NCBI GenBank assembly: GCA_043825735.1 | Contig: JBDRRP010000041.1 | Span: 1-64,000, forward strand | Direction of reading: 5' to 3' | Source of the DNA: Pseudomonadota bacterium | Lineage (GTDB): Bacteria; Desulfobacterota; Desulfobacteria; Desulfobacterales; JBDRRP01 | DNA: 64,000 nt | Shown here: positions 1 through 10,112 of the stretch, piece after piece | How the letters are laid out: each line of letters begins with the position of its first letter | How positions within the stretch are numbered: the first letter of the stretch is position 1 | Translations under genes and position numbers: made by a program | The notes under the pieces: model-generated | What the model was told of the DNA's origin: nothing | Database searches by the model: none | Seen by the model: only the letters and a program-made list of their open reading frames with translations

Positions 1-1
1 G

Positions 2-2071
2 GGATTCAGCACGGCGCCGCCGGCGATCCGCGTGGCCTCGGCGCCGACCCTGCTGCTTTTCGTGAACGGGCAGCCGGTGCTCACCGAGGTGGCGGGTACC
101 GGACTTCAGGTGGTGGCCAACGCGAATTGGCCGACGTTCAAGGACCCGGCGGGAAAAGGCACCTTCTACCTTCTGGACCGGGATCTGTGGCTGTCGTCGC
201 CGAAGCTCGACAGCGGCTGGAAAAAAGCGGCGTCGTTGCCGCCGGGTTTCGAAAAATTGCCCGCTGACGGTCCGCATGCCGCGGTGCGCAGCGCGGTACC
301 GCTGAAAAAAAGCGCGCTGCCCGCACCGAAGGTGTTCTTCACCGATCGCCCCGCAGAGCTCATCGTCACCGACGGGCAGCCGGTGCTCGAAGCCATCCCC
401 GGCGCGGACGGCCTCCAGGTTGTCGCCAACACGAAGAGCCCACTCTTCAAACTTGACAAGACGTGGTACTTTCTGGTCGCCGGGCGCTGGTTCACGACGA
501 CGCAGCTGGGCAAGGGGCCGTGGGTCTACACGGCCAAGTTGCCGGCGGCGTTTTCAAAAATCCCCGGCGACCACGCGATGGCGTCGGTGCGCGCATCGGT
601 GCCCGGAACGATCGAGGCGCGCATGGCGGCACTCGAGGCGCTGGTGCCCATCAAGGCCGAAGCGCCCCGCAATGGGACCCCGCCCGTAGAGATCACCTAC
701 GCGGGAGATCCCAAGTTCGAGCCCGTAACCGGCACCGAGGTCGCCCGGGCGGTGAACTCGGGCTACGACGTCATTCAATACAAGGACCAGTACTACCTGT
801 GCTACGCCGGCATCTGGTATCAGGCGAGCGCCCCTGTGGGTCCGTGGGTGGTCGCCGCGCTGGTGCCGCCCGCGATCTACGCCATCCCTCCGAGCTCTCC
901 CGCCTATCACGTCACGCAGGTAACGATAGCCTCGTCCACACCGACAACGGTCGTATACACCTACCCGCCGTCTTATTCATCGAGCGTCTATGTCGTGTAC
1001 GGCGTGCCCTATTACGGAACCGGCTGGTACTACCCGCCGCTCTTTTACATGGGATTCTACTATCCGTACTGGGGCTCATACGGCCACGGCAGCTGGTACA
1101 ACCCGGCAACGGGGGGATACGGCTCAAGGTCCGTGTGGTACGGCCCCTACGGCGGCTATTCCTACACCCAGGGATACAACCCCGCCACGGGCGGCTACGG
1201 ATTCGTCGAAACGGTCTGGGACGGCAACGAGTGGGGCAGCTACGGGCAGACCACCAATCCGCGCACCGGCGTCAGCACGGAGACGGGCCGATACTACAAC
1301 GAAGACCAGAACCGGTCCGAAATGTCACGGACCACGCAACGCGGTGACAAATCAGTCCACACCGACCGCAGCACCGATTTCAACAGCCGGACGACGAATG
1401 TCAGCCGCGAAACATCCGGCGGCGCTTCCAGCAGCACCGTGCGATCGGCGGAAAGCGGCACCGTGAGCAGCTCCGGAACGATCACCACCGGCGACGGGCG
1501 CACCGCCGCCATCTCAGGGGAGCAGACCCGCACGGGCGGATCGACCACCGTCACCGGGTCCGAGGGATCCGTGGATATGACCACCAAAAGACAGAACGGC
1601 AACAGCGTGACCGGCATCGAAGGCTCCGGCGGCGGCCAGGGGGTGTCTGCCTCCGGTGAGGGGGGGCGCACCACCGTCGGCCAAAGCGGCAGCGGCGATC
1701 TGTACGCAGGCCACAACGGCGACGCGTACAAAAAGACCGAGGACGGCTGGCAGAAATACGAGAACGGAGGCTGGCAACCGGTCGACGCGCCGGAGCGTGG
1801 GCAGGGCGAGTCCGCCCGCCAGCAAGCAGCGTCAACGACGGCGCCACGGGACGATGCGCGCGTTTCAACGAGCGGATCAGAGCGCCCTGCGGACTATTCG
1901 AAGCAGCGCGAACAGGCCCAGCAACGCGGCACCGGCGCGAACAAGACCTCCGGCGATCACGACGTTTCCGGGCTCGACCGGGACTACGCCGCGAGACAAC
2001 GCGGCACGCAGCAGTTCCAGCAACGGGGAAACTTCCAGGGCGGGAGCCGCGGCGGCGGGCGCCGGCGCTGA
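2..2071 (+). CDS. 5'-truncated large, probably exported hypothetical protein with Tyr/Gly-rich repeats and a Gly/Ser/Thr-rich tail
   Basis: Frame is open from base 2 (GFSTAPPAIRV...), so the start lies outside the window. It has repeated YNPATGGYG motifs and a low-complexity C-terminus ending GGSRGGGRRR. Confidence 0.7.
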   Translation, partial: GFSTAPPAIRVASAPTLLLFVNGQPVLTEVAGTGLQVVANANWPTFKDPAGKGTFYLLDRDLWLSSPKLDSGWKKAASLPPGFEKLPADGPHAAVRSAVPLKKSALPAPKVFFTDRPAELIVTDGQPVLEAIPGADGLQVVANTKSPLFKLDKTWYFLVAGRWFTTTQLGKGPWVYTAKLPAAFSKIPGDHAMASVRASVPGTIEARMAALEALVPIKAEAPRNGTPPVEITYAGDPKFEPVTGTEVARAVNSGYDVIQYKDQYYLCYAGIWYQASAPVGPWVVAALVPPAIYAIPPSSPAYHVTQVTIASSTPTTVVYTYPPSYSSSVYVVYGVPYYGTGWYYPPLFYMGFYYPYWGSYGHGSWYNPATGGYGSRSVWYGPYGGYSYTQGYNPATGGYGFVETVWDGNEWGSYGQTTNPRTGVSTETGRYYNEDQNRSEMSRTTQRGDKSVHTDRSTDFNSRTTNVSRETSGGASSSTVRSAESGTVSSSGTITTGDGRTAAISGEQTRTGGSTTVTGSEGSVDMTTKRQNGNSVTGIEGSGGGQGVSASGEGGRTTVGQSGSGDLYAGHNGDAYKKTEDGWQKYENGGWQPVDAPERGQGESARQQAASTTAPRDDARVSTSGSERPADYSKQREQAQQRGTGANKTSGDHDVSGLDRDYAARQRGTQQFQQRGNFQGGSRGGGRRR

Positions 2072-2220
2072 GTGCGGTTCGGGAATTCCGGATTTCAGTG
2101 AAGCAGCCGAACTGGCCACCCGGGCTGCCACGGAACAATAATAGCGAATGGTGGTACTTGGCAATTCGGGTAGGACTTGACGGCCTTGATCAATACTTTC
2201 AAATTCAATTAAGATTTTTT

Positions 2221-2535
2221 TCAAAGCTCAGGGTGCAAAAACTGATTGGGTAAAGGCCGGACGCGTTTCCAATCGCTTGATGTGTTCTCAGCTTTCCAAA
2301 GATCATAGTTTTTTTGCAAGTTGAGCCATAAATCAGGCGTTGTGCCCAAAGCGCGAGACAGTCGCAAGGCCATATCCGGAGTGATGGCACCATTTTCATT
2401 TAGAATTTTTGATAAGGTCTTCCTTGATACAACCAGTTTGGCAGCCATGTCTGTGACGGTTAATGCCAATGGAACAAGATAATCCTCTTTCAAGATGACC
2501 CCCGGATGGGTCGGCTTTCTTTTCATTTTTATCAT
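2221..2535 (-). CDS. higA: HigA family antitoxin (XRE HTH)
   Basis: PTHPGVILKEDYL...ITPDMALRLSRALGTTPDLWLNLQ is the HigA signature. Alternative start at 2526. Confidence 0.92.
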   Translation of the reverse strand: MIKMKRKPTHPGVILKEDYLVPLALTVTDMAAKLVVSRKTLSKILNENGAITPDMALRLSRALGTTPDLWLNLQKNYDLWKAENTSSDWKRVRPLPNQFLHPEL

Positions 2536-2546
2536 TACAATGCCTC

Positions 2547-2609
2547 TCAGTGATAATCGTCATAATTGACGACATATGCATCGCCATTGTGTTTGAAGGA
2601 TTTGATCAT
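2547..2609 (-). pseudogene. higB: HigB toxin remnant, 20 aa, internally deleted in frame
   Basis: Minus strand reads MIKSFKHNGDAYVVNYDDYH*. This joins the typical HigB N-terminus (MIKSFKH) to the typical C-terminus (NGDAYVVNYxDYH), directly upstream of higA. Confidence 0.85.
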
Positions 2610-2617
2610 AGGATCGC

Positions 2618-2646
2618 AGCGTAACCCTTAAGGTTACGGATGTCAA
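2618..2646 (-). promoter_or_regulatory. sigma70 promoter of higBA with overlapping palindromic operator
   Basis: TTGACA (2646-2641), 17 bp spacer, TACGCT (2623-2618). The inverted repeat CGTAACC-N5-GGTTACG at 2620-2638 lies between and over the boxes. Confidence 0.7.
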
Positions 2647-2777
2647 TTAATGTTTGGCGAAAACCCTGAGGGGTGATAGATTATTTTTTCCCGCGCACTG
2701 TTGACTCGAATATAAGGGTGTGCGATTTCTGTCGGGCCTTTCCAACCGGTCGCCCCGCAGGCGCAAAGGGACCGCCC

Positions 2778-3899
2778 ATGCTGACCAACGCCCAGATTGT
2801 CGAAAAAGCCCGTGCCCTCGATTTCGAAGACGTGGGATTTACCACCGCCGAGCCCTTTGACAGCCAGAAGAAGATTCTGGCCGATCGCAGCGATGCCTAT
2901 GCCTGGGTCATGGCTGCAGGCCTGGACCTGGTGGCCGGCACCGACCCCAGGACCGTAATGCCGGAAGCACGCACCATCATCGTTCTCATGGAAGTCTACT
3001 TCCGGCAGTCATTTCCGCCGTCCATGGAGCCGTTTTTCGGCCGCTGCTATCTGGATGACGACCGGGCGACCAAGAACGGCCTGTCACTCCGGATCAGGGC
3101 CTTCCGGGATTTTCTCCGGGAGCACGGCATCCGCTCCAAGGTGCCCTTTCACCTGCCCCACCGGCTGGCCGCGGCACGGGCCGGCATGGGAACCTTCGGC
3201 AAGAACTGCTTGTTCTATTCCACTGCGGTGGCCCGGCAGAGCTCCTGGGTGCTGCCCATCGCCGTCGTGGTGGACGCCGAATTTTCGCCGGGAAGCCCCA
3301 CCCTGGAGGTCGGTTGCCCCGACTGGTGCAAAAATGTCTGTCTCGTGGCCTGTCCCACGGGCGCCCTCAAAGGCTCCCGGCACATCGATCCGCGCCGATG
3401 CATCTCCTTTTTGACCTACTACGGCCAGGGGATCACCCCCCGAGATCTTCGGGAACCCATGGGCTTGTGGATCTACGGATGCGACCGCTGCCAGAACGTG
3501 TGCCCCAGAAACGCCCCCTGGCTGGCCGCGGATCTTCCCCCCAACCCGCGCGTGGCGGACAAAGCATGCGATTTTGAGCTGGAAAAACTCCTCCACATGG
3601 ACCGCCCTTATTTCGAGCAGCGCATCTGGCCCCATATGTTCTACATGCCGCCCGATGAATTGTGGCGATGGAAAATGAACGTGGCCCGGGTCATGGGGAA
3701 CACACTGGATCCTGTTTATGTGCCGGATCTGGTCCGGGCTTTCGAGGAAAATGAGGATGACCGGGTGCGCGGCATGTGCGCCTGGGCCCTGGGCCGCATC
3801 GGCACCGACGCGGCGCGCCGCGCGCTGGGAGATTTGCGACGCCACGCGCAAGGAACAGTGGCCGAGGAGATCGCCGCCGCCCTGACAAGAAGACGGTAG
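2778..3899 (+). CDS. epoxyqueuosine reductase QueG-like 4Fe-4S protein with C-terminal HEAT repeat
   Basis: AAARAGMGTFGKN, CPDWCKNVCLVACPTGAL, CISFLT, YGCDRCQNVCP, VRGMCAWALGRIG. Confidence 0.75.
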   Translation: MLTNAQIVEKARALDFEDVGFTTAEPFDSQKKILADRSDAYAWVMAAGLDLVAGTDPRTVMPEARTIIVLMEVYFRQSFPPSMEPFFGRCYLDDDRATKNGLSLRIRAFRDFLREHGIRSKVPFHLPHRLAAARAGMGTFGKNCLFYSTAVARQSSWVLPIAVVVDAEFSPGSPTLEVGCPDWCKNVCLVACPTGALKGSRHIDPRRCISFLTYYGQGITPRDLREPMGLWIYGCDRCQNVCPRNAPWLAADLPPNPRVADKACDFELEKLLHMDRPYFEQRIWPHMFYMPPDELWRWKMNVARVMGNTLDPVYVPDLVRAFEENEDDRVRGMCAWALGRIGTDAARRALGDLRRHAQGTVAEEIAAALTRRR

Positions 3900-4041
3900 A
3901 ACGCAAATAAAACCACAGGGATTTGATATTCAAAATCAACTATTTTTGAGTTTCTCCGTGTCCTCCGTGACTGGTTCCAATTTGTCTTCTCCCTATGAAC
4001 AAGTGCGCGAATTCATCTAAATGATCGCGACTGTCGGGATG

Positions 4042-4608
4042 TCAATTTCGGGGCGGGGAATCGGGCTGCGGTGAAAGGCTTTTGGCGCCGACGGCCTCGA
4101 TGGCGCTTTGGGCGCGCTGTTCGGCCTCACGGGCCGCCAGGGTCGCCTGGTTGTAAGTATCCAAAAGCTTGCGGTATTCTTCGAATGCCGTCTGGGCGGT
4201 TTTCTCCAGTTCGATCACGGTCTCGCGGGGGGCTTTTCGCCGCTCGGCACTGTAGGCAAACTTGGCCCGCTCCGCCGCTACCGCTGCGACGGCATCTTCA
4301 TAGGCGGCCTGGGCCGCAGTGACCTTCCCGGTCAAATCCTGGGCCGTCTGCCAGGCCGCCTGATTTTCCCGGATCTGTTCACGGGCGGTTTCATCCGCTG
4401 CGACCGCTTGGCTCTCGGCGGATAATTTCTCCACAATAGGGCGTTTGTCCTTAGCCACCGCTTTCACCTGCACGCCCGGCGGTGGCGGGCGATCGGTGAG
4501 ATGCGTCAACCCCTTGGCGTCGGTCCAGGTATACACTTCAGCCGCCGACAGACTGGCGCCGGGATGGCCTATCGCCAGCAGCAGCAAAATGATCCAGGGT
4601 TTTCTCAT
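4042..4608 (-). CDS. DUF4124 domain exported protein
   Basis: Signal peptide, then EVYTWTDAKGLTHLTDRPP and a coiled-coil tail. Confidence 0.75.
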   Translation of the reverse strand: MRKPWIILLLLAIGHPGASLSAAEVYTWTDAKGLTHLTDRPPPPGVQVKAVAKDKRPIVEKLSAESQAVAADETAREQIRENQAAWQTAQDLTGKVTAAQAAYEDAVAAVAAERAKFAYSAERRKAPRETVIELEKTAQTAFEEYRKLLDTYNQATLAAREAEQRAQSAIEAVGAKSLSPQPDSPPRN

Positions 4609-4796
4609 ATTCATCATTGAGAATTGAACCTTGCGCTGGTCTCGCGTTGTCATCGGCATACCCGTCACTGGAGCATTCCGTATAAGCGTGTTTTTTTTAT
4701 TCAAACCAGCCTCCCGTAGCAATCGCTGGTGGTATGACTACCATAGGCGATAAGGACCGGCAGCGTCAATACAGGCCAGGGATGCGCGGGGCGTCC

Positions 4797-5150
4797 TCAA
4801 CACGTCAAATGAAATGCCGCGGCCCGGCGGAATTCCGGCGGCAGGTGATTGAAACAGGCCATTGCCTCGGCCGTGGGAACCGCCACAAGCCGGATGCCCC
4901 GGGCTTCCAGATCACCCGGCAGCCCGGGATCGGGATGCATGCGGCCATCGGCGCCGGTTCCGATGACAAGCACCGCCGGATCGCAGGAAAGAACCGGCTC
5001 AAGATCGGCCGCGCCCACCGCGTGCCCGCGCCGCCGCCACCAGTCCGACAATACGCGCCCGTCGGGCAGAATCATGAGATCGGTAGTGTACACCCTGCCG
5101 TCGATGGTCATCCGGCCGAACGCATAATCGTCTATGGCCACGTCATTCAC
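4797..5150 (-). CDS. Mth938-like (DUF498) protein
   Basis: IDDYAFGRMTIDGRVY, LVIGTG, PTAEAMACFN, AAAFHLTC. Confidence 0.85.
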   Translation of the reverse strand: MNDVAIDDYAFGRMTIDGRVYTTDLMILPDGRVLSDWWRRRGHAVGAADLEPVLSCDPAVLVIGTGADGRMHPDPGLPGDLEARGIRLVAVPTAEAMACFNHLPPEFRRAAAFHLTC

Positions 5151-5691
5151 CTCTTTCCAGAAATTTTTGGTTCAGATCAAGGCAAAGCCAAACTGAAAAC
5201 ACGGGACGCACGGAATTATTCTTATTCTGCTTTTAAAACCCTGGTCCTCAGGACCAGGCCAGAGATGTTTACTGTTTTTTCTGTGTGTTCCGTTCTATTC
5301 TGTTTCATCGCTATGGCGATGGCAAGTGATATGGTCACGGCCGTGGCAGCGTGGCGGGTGATCGTCTTCCGTTGCCGGCCTTGACGAAACCATTTGCCAG
5401 CGCAACTTAATGATCTGATTTTGCTGCAGCCCAAAAGATGGCTCTCGCAGAGACGCGGAGGCGCAGAGAACGTCTTAAATAATTAAGCAGTGTCCATCCA
5501 TGGGAAGCCTCTTGCGCCCTCTGTGGTGATTTCAGACTTTTTACAAGTTTGTCAAAATTGCTCAGTGGCGGAGCCCCGTCACCCCCGTGGGGCAAAAACC
5601 AGTGACCGGGAAAACCCTTGCATCCTTTGGCGGACTCAGGGACTAATAGACACCGCGTATCACTCGGACAACCCAAACCAAGGAGGGGGCC

Positions 5692-7428
5692 GTGGACGGC
5701 GGAACCATCATTGCCAAGACGCTGAAGCAAAAAGGCATACACCATGTCTTTACCCTGTGCGGGGGGCATATTTCGCCCATCCTGGTGAGCGCCAGACAAA
5801 GCGGCATCCGCGTGATCGATGTCCGGCATGAAGCCACCGCAGTCTTTGCGGCCGATGCCGCCGCCCGTCTCACCGGCATCCCGGGCGTGGCCGTGGTGAC
5901 CGCCGGTCCCGGTGTCACCAACACCGTCACCGCCGTTAAAAACGCCCAGATGGCCCAGTCGCCCGTGGTGCTGCTGGGCGGGGCCGCGCCCACGGTACTC
6001 AAAGGCCGCGGGGCGCTTCAGGACATCGACCACCGCAGCCTGATGCAGCCTCTGGTCAAGGCCGCATTCACCATCCACCAGAACTGCGACATCGTTCCCA
6101 CCCTGGACGAGGCCTTTGGTATCGCCGCCTCGGGCGTTCCCGGCCCGGTTTTCGTGGAATGCCCAGTGGATCTGCTTTATACCGAAGAGCTGGTGCGCAG
6201 CTGGTACCTGGGCGCCACCGGCGACGATGCACCGCAGGGCTTGCGGAAAAAACTCCAGCAGCTTTACCTCAAACACCACGTTGACCGGATGTTTGCCTGC
6301 GATATCAGCTCGGTCACCGCCGAGGGCAGGGAGGATGCCGACGATGACATCGACAGCCGTGCAGTCGCGGCCGCCATGAACCAGATCACCGCGTCCCAGC
6401 GCCCGGTCATTGTCATGGGCAGCCAGGCGCTGGCCCGCCCCGGGCTGTCGACCGAACTCGCCCGGGCGGTGGCGGCCATGGGCATCCCCATTTACCTTGC
6501 CGGCATGGCCCGTGGCCTCATGGGCGCCGGTCACCGCCTCCAGATGCGCCACCACCGCAGGGAAGCCCTCAAGGAAGCCGATCTGGTGATACTGGCCGGC
6601 ATGCCATGCGATTTCAGACTTAACTACGGCAGGGCCATCAACCCTGCGGCCCGGGTGATTGCCATCAACCGGAGCCGCCAGGAACTCTTTCTCAACCGGC
6701 GCCCGGACACCGGCATCCACGCGGACGCGGGCGCATTCCTCTGCGCACTGGCACCGGTCGCCCCCGCTCCGGACCACGGCTGGGACACGTGGATCACGCT
6801 TCTCCAGCAGCGGGAAACGGCGCGCGATGCCGACATTGCCCGCCAGGCCGCGCAGGACACCGAGCACGTAAACCCGCTGACACTGCTTGCCGCCGTGGAC
6901 CGCCACCTGGCCGATGACAGCGTCATCGTAGCCGACGGCGGTGATTTCGTCGCCTCTGCGGCGTACATCCTCAAACCGCGGCGGCCGCTGTCCTGGCTGG
7001 ACCCCGGGGTATTCGGCACCCTGGGCGTCGGGGCCGGGTTCGCCCTGGGTGCGCGGATCCACCGCCCCGAGGCGGAAGTGTGGCTCATCTACGGCGACGG
7101 GGCGGCCGGCTACAGCCTGACGGAGCTGGACACCATGGTCCGCCACGGACTGCCGGTCATCGCCCTGGTCGGAAACGATGCTTCCTGGGCTCAGATCGCC
7201 CGGGACCAGATCGCGCTGCTGAAAGACGATGTGGCCACCGTCCTGCGCCCGACCGATTACCACGTGGTGGCGGAAGGGTTCGGTGCCCGCGGCCTGCTGC
7301 TGGAGCGCGCGGCCGACATTGAGTCGGTGCTCACCGAGGCCCGGCAAATCGCCGCCGCCGGCTCGCCGGTGCTCATCAATGCCCGCATCGGCCGCACCGA
7401 TTTCAGAAAAGGGTCCATGTCCATGTAA
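5692..7428 (+). CDS. thiamine pyrophosphate enzyme, acetolactate synthase-like (ILVBL/2-hydroxyacyl-CoA lyase-like)
   Basis: [25 protein letters not shown] motif GDGAAGYS...VGND. RBS AGGAGG upstream of a GTG start. Confidence 0.85.
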   Translation: MDGGTIIAKTLKQKGIHHVFTLCGGHISPILVSARQSGIRVIDVRHEATAVFAADAAARLTGIPGVAVVTAGPGVTNTVTAVKNAQMAQSPVVLLGGAAPTVLKGRGALQDIDHRSLMQPLVKAAFTIHQNCDIVPTLDEAFGIAASGVPGPVFVECPVDLLYTEELVRSWYLGATGDDAPQGLRKKLQQLYLKHHVDRMFACDISSVTAEGREDADDDIDSRAVAAAMNQITASQRPVIVMGSQALARPGLSTELARAVAAMGIPIYLAGMARGLMGAGHRLQMRHHRREALKEADLVILAGMPCDFRLNYGRAINPAARVIAINRSRQELFLNRRPDTGIHADAGAFLCALAPVAPAPDHGWDTWITLLQQRETARDADIARQAAQDTEHVNPLTLLAAVDRHLADDSVIVADGGDFVASAAYILKPRRPLSWLDPGVFGTLGVGAGFALGARIHRPEAEVWLIYGDGAAGYSLTELDTMVRHGLPVIALVGNDASWAQIARDQIALLKDDVATVLRPTDYHVVAEGFGARGLLLERAADIESVLTEARQIAAAGSPVLINARIGRTDFRKGSMSM

Positions 7429-7465
7429 TTCAGCGGCGCAGGAAAAAGCAAGACATTGAACCGCG

Positions 7466-7706
7466 AAGTACGCCAAGGACGCGAAGTTTGTTCGAATCGG
7501 GTCGCCGGGGAAAAAGCCTCCCGGCTCACGATTCGAACAAAAGGGCTTGGCCCTGCGGGCATGATCGGCGTCCTGTGTTTTGAAAAGGTTTTTTACACGC
7601 AACCATCGACGGGATCGTAGTCCGGCGGAGCCGGGCACCCGATACCGTCGGTCTTTCTTCGCGTCCTTTGCGTACTTGCCTGCCCGCCGTAGCCTTCGGC
7701 GAAGGC
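7466..7706. repeat. nested palindromic intergenic element with REP-like hairpin
   Basis: Arms 7466-7486 and 7657-7677 are inverted at 20/21. Inner perfect 13 bp inverted repeat at 7487-7499/7529-7541. CCGCCGTAGCCTTCGGCGAAGGC at 7684-7706 recurs inverted at 24861-24884. Confidence 0.8.
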
Positions 7707-7739
7707 TGGGAACGCAGCGGGCGGTTAGAGTGTTTTAAA

Positions 7740-9149
7740 ATGGTCCATGACAGCGGTACAACTCTGAGCGATGATGCGGCACTGAAACGATCGGCCCTGA
7801 TCGTGGCCGTTGTCAGCTCGTTTCTCACGCCGTTCATGATTTCCTCGGTGAACATTGCCCTGCCCGCCATGGCCCGTGACCTTGACATGGATGCGGTCAC
7901 CACCAGCTGGGTCGCCACCGCCTACCTGCTGACGGCTGCCGTGTGCCTGGTGCCCGCTGGCCGCTGGGCCGACATCCACGGACGAAAACGTGTGTTTTTG
8001 CAAGGCATCGTTTTGTTCACAGCGGCGGCCCTCATATCCGGCCTGGCCCGATCATCGGCCATGATGATCGCCGCGCGCTGCCTCCAGGGAGCGGGCAGCG
8101 CCATGATCTTTGGAACGAGCATCGCCATTCTCTCTTCAGTCTATCCGCCCCATGAGCGGGGCCGGGTGCTGGGCATCGCGGTGGCCGCGGTCTACATGGG
8201 ACTCTCCCTGGGTCCGTTTGCCGGAGGCGTGATCACCCACCACGTCGGCTGGCGATGGCTATTTTTCGCCGCAGTGCCGGCCGGCGTCTTTGTCATCGCC
8301 CTGGCGGTGATCATGCTCCGCGGGGAGTGGGCCGGGGCGGCCGGAGAATCCTTCGACATCCCCGGAACCCTGCTATACGCAGTGGGGCTCACGGCACTTC
8401 TGGGCGGCATGACGACGCTGCCGTCCCGGGTCGGCATGGCATCGTCGACGGTGGGCATGGTGACACTGGCGTGGTTTTTCGCCTGGGCCGCGCGCCGCCC
8501 GTCTCCGGTGCTGGACATCGCCCTGTTTCGCCACAACCGGGTGTTCGCATTCTCCTGCATGGCGGCCCTCATTCACTACGGCGCCACCTTTGCCGTCACT
8601 TTTTTGTTAAGTCTTTACCTCCAGCACATCCGCCATCTGACAGCCCAGGCCGCCGGCATGGTACTGGTGGCCCAACCCATAATGATGGCGCTCTTCTCGC
8701 CCATGGCAGGTAAGCTCTCCGACCGGGTTGAACCCCGGTACATCGCATCCTTCGGCATGGCCATCACGGCCATGGGGCTCGTCCTTCTGGCCGGAGTCGA
8801 CGCCGCCACGCCCACGTGGGGCGTGCTGGGCACGCTGATGCTCATGGGCTTTGGGTTCGCCCTGTTTTCATCACCCAACATGAACGCCATCATGGGCGCC
8901 GTAGCACCACGGTTCTACGGCACGGCCTCGGGCATGGTGGGCACCATGCGGCTGCTGGGTCAGGTGCTGAGCATGGCGGTGGCGACCCTGCTTTTTTCCC
9001 TGATCATCGGCCCGCGGGCGCTGACGCCCGAGGTTTACCCAGAGCTTCTCCGGAGCATCACCATCGCCCTTTGGCTTTTCGCAGGTTTATGCACCCTGGG
9101 AATTGGCTTTTCAATGTTTCGCGGACGGCTTCGGGAGCTCGCCCCATGA
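7740..9149 (+). CDS. MFS transporter, DHA2 (EmrB/QacA)-like
   Basis: About 14 hydrophobic segments; SSVNIALPAM, GRWADIHGRKRVF, ARCLQGAG. Confidence 0.88.
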   Translation: MVHDSGTTLSDDAALKRSALIVAVVSSFLTPFMISSVNIALPAMARDLDMDAVTTSWVATAYLLTAAVCLVPAGRWADIHGRKRVFLQGIVLFTAAALISGLARSSAMMIAARCLQGAGSAMIFGTSIAILSSVYPPHERGRVLGIAVAAVYMGLSLGPFAGGVITHHVGWRWLFFAAVPAGVFVIALAVIMLRGEWAGAAGESFDIPGTLLYAVGLTALLGGMTTLPSRVGMASSTVGMVTLAWFFAWAARRPSPVLDIALFRHNRVFAFSCMAALIHYGATFAVTFLLSLYLQHIRHLTAQAAGMVLVAQPIMMALFSPMAGKLSDRVEPRYIASFGMAITAMGLVLLAGVDAATPTWGVLGTLMLMGFGFALFSSPNMNAIMGAVAPRFYGTASGMVGTMRLLGQVLSMAVATLLFSLIIGPRALTPEVYPELLRSITIALWLFAGLCTLGIGFSMFRGRLRELAP

Positions 9150-10039
9150 CGCGCCCGCGGCTTCTCATCACCGGCGCCGGCGGTCTGCTGGGGCATGCGC
9201 TTTGTGAAGCGGCGGCCAAGGACTGGGACGTTGCCGCCATGTGCCGGAAGACGCCACCGGCAGTGCCGGGCATTCGAAGCGTGTGGACGGATATCACCGA
9301 CAAGCGGGATCTTGACGCCGTTTTCAGCCGGGAGCGGCCCCATGCCGTCATTCACGCGGCCGCCATGAGCCAACCCAACGCCTGTGAACTGGCGCCGGAG
9401 ACCTCCGAGACCGTTAACGTGATCGCCTCGGCGCGTATTGCGGCCCGCTGTGCGGCCGCCGGCATCCCGTTGGTGTTTACCTCCACCGACCTGGTATTCG
9501 ACGGCACGCGCCCCCCCTACGGTGAAACCGACCCGGTCAGTCCCATCTGCGTCTACGGCCGGCACAAAGTCGCCGCCGAGGCCCGGCTGCGTGAAATCCA
9601 CCCGCCCGCCACGGTCTGCCGGCTGCCCCTGCTGTTTGGCTACGCCCCTTCCGGCGGTGGGTTTCTCGGAGAACTCATTCGCACCCTGGCGGCGGGCGGT
9701 CGCCCCACCCTTTTCATCGACGAAATCCGCACCCCCATCTTCACGCTGACGGCGGCCAGGGGGCTGCTGGCGATGCTTGCACACCCAGGACGCACCCTCC
9801 ACCTTGGCGGCGGCCAACCGGTGAGCCGCCTCCATTTCGGCCTCCTGGTGGCGGCTCTGATGAACGTTCCGGCGTCCCGCATCACCCCTGCCCGGCTCGG
9901 TGCACTTGCCATGCCCGCGCCCAGGGCGCCGGATGTCTCCCTGGACATCCGCCGGGCCGAAAGCCTCGGATTCGATTCCGGAGACCTGCTTGACGACCTC
10001 ACCGAGGCCGTGGAAAGATATCGGCACGCTTCCTTTTGA
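9146..10039 (+). CDS. RmlD-family (dTDP-4-dehydrorhamnose reductase-like) SDR oxidoreductase
   Basis: LLITGAGGLLG, FTSTDLVFDG, YGRHK (YxxxK). ATGA overlap with the MFS stop. Confidence 0.85.
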   Translation: MTRPRLLITGAGGLLGHALCEAAAKDWDVAAMCRKTPPAVPGIRSVWTDITDKRDLDAVFSRERPHAVIHAAAMSQPNACELAPETSETVNVIASARIAARCAAAGIPLVFTSTDLVFDGTRPPYGETDPVSPICVYGRHKVAAEARLREIHPPATVCRLPLLFGYAPSGGGFLGELIRTLAAGGRPTLFIDEIRTPIFTLTAARGLLAMLAHPGRTLHLGGGQPVSRLHFGLLVAALMNVPASRITPARLGALAMPAPRAPDVSLDIRRAESLGFDSGDLLDDLTEAVERYRHASF

Positions 10040-10112
10040 GCAGACAAAAGCCAGATCATATCTCCCGCAGGGGCGCAGGGGCGCTGAGAAAACCAGCCCC
10101 TGCATCGTTACG

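Noticed and set aside
4840..4856. GATTGAAAC resembling a CRISPR repeat end
   Set aside because: It lies inside the Mth938-like CDS and has no repeat hairpin.
5181..5213. GGCAAA...GAAA...GGGACGCA resembling a c-di-GMP-I riboswitch
   Set aside because: The stem around GAAA does not pair and GCAAAGC is missing. It is better explained by the local periodic repeat family.
5407..7638. 743 aa minus-strand ORF, and similar long antisense ORFs (36298-38124, 39809-42247, 59842-61677, 42845-44245)
   Set aside because: Shadow or alternative frames of well-supported genes in GC-rich DNA, with no recognisable domains.
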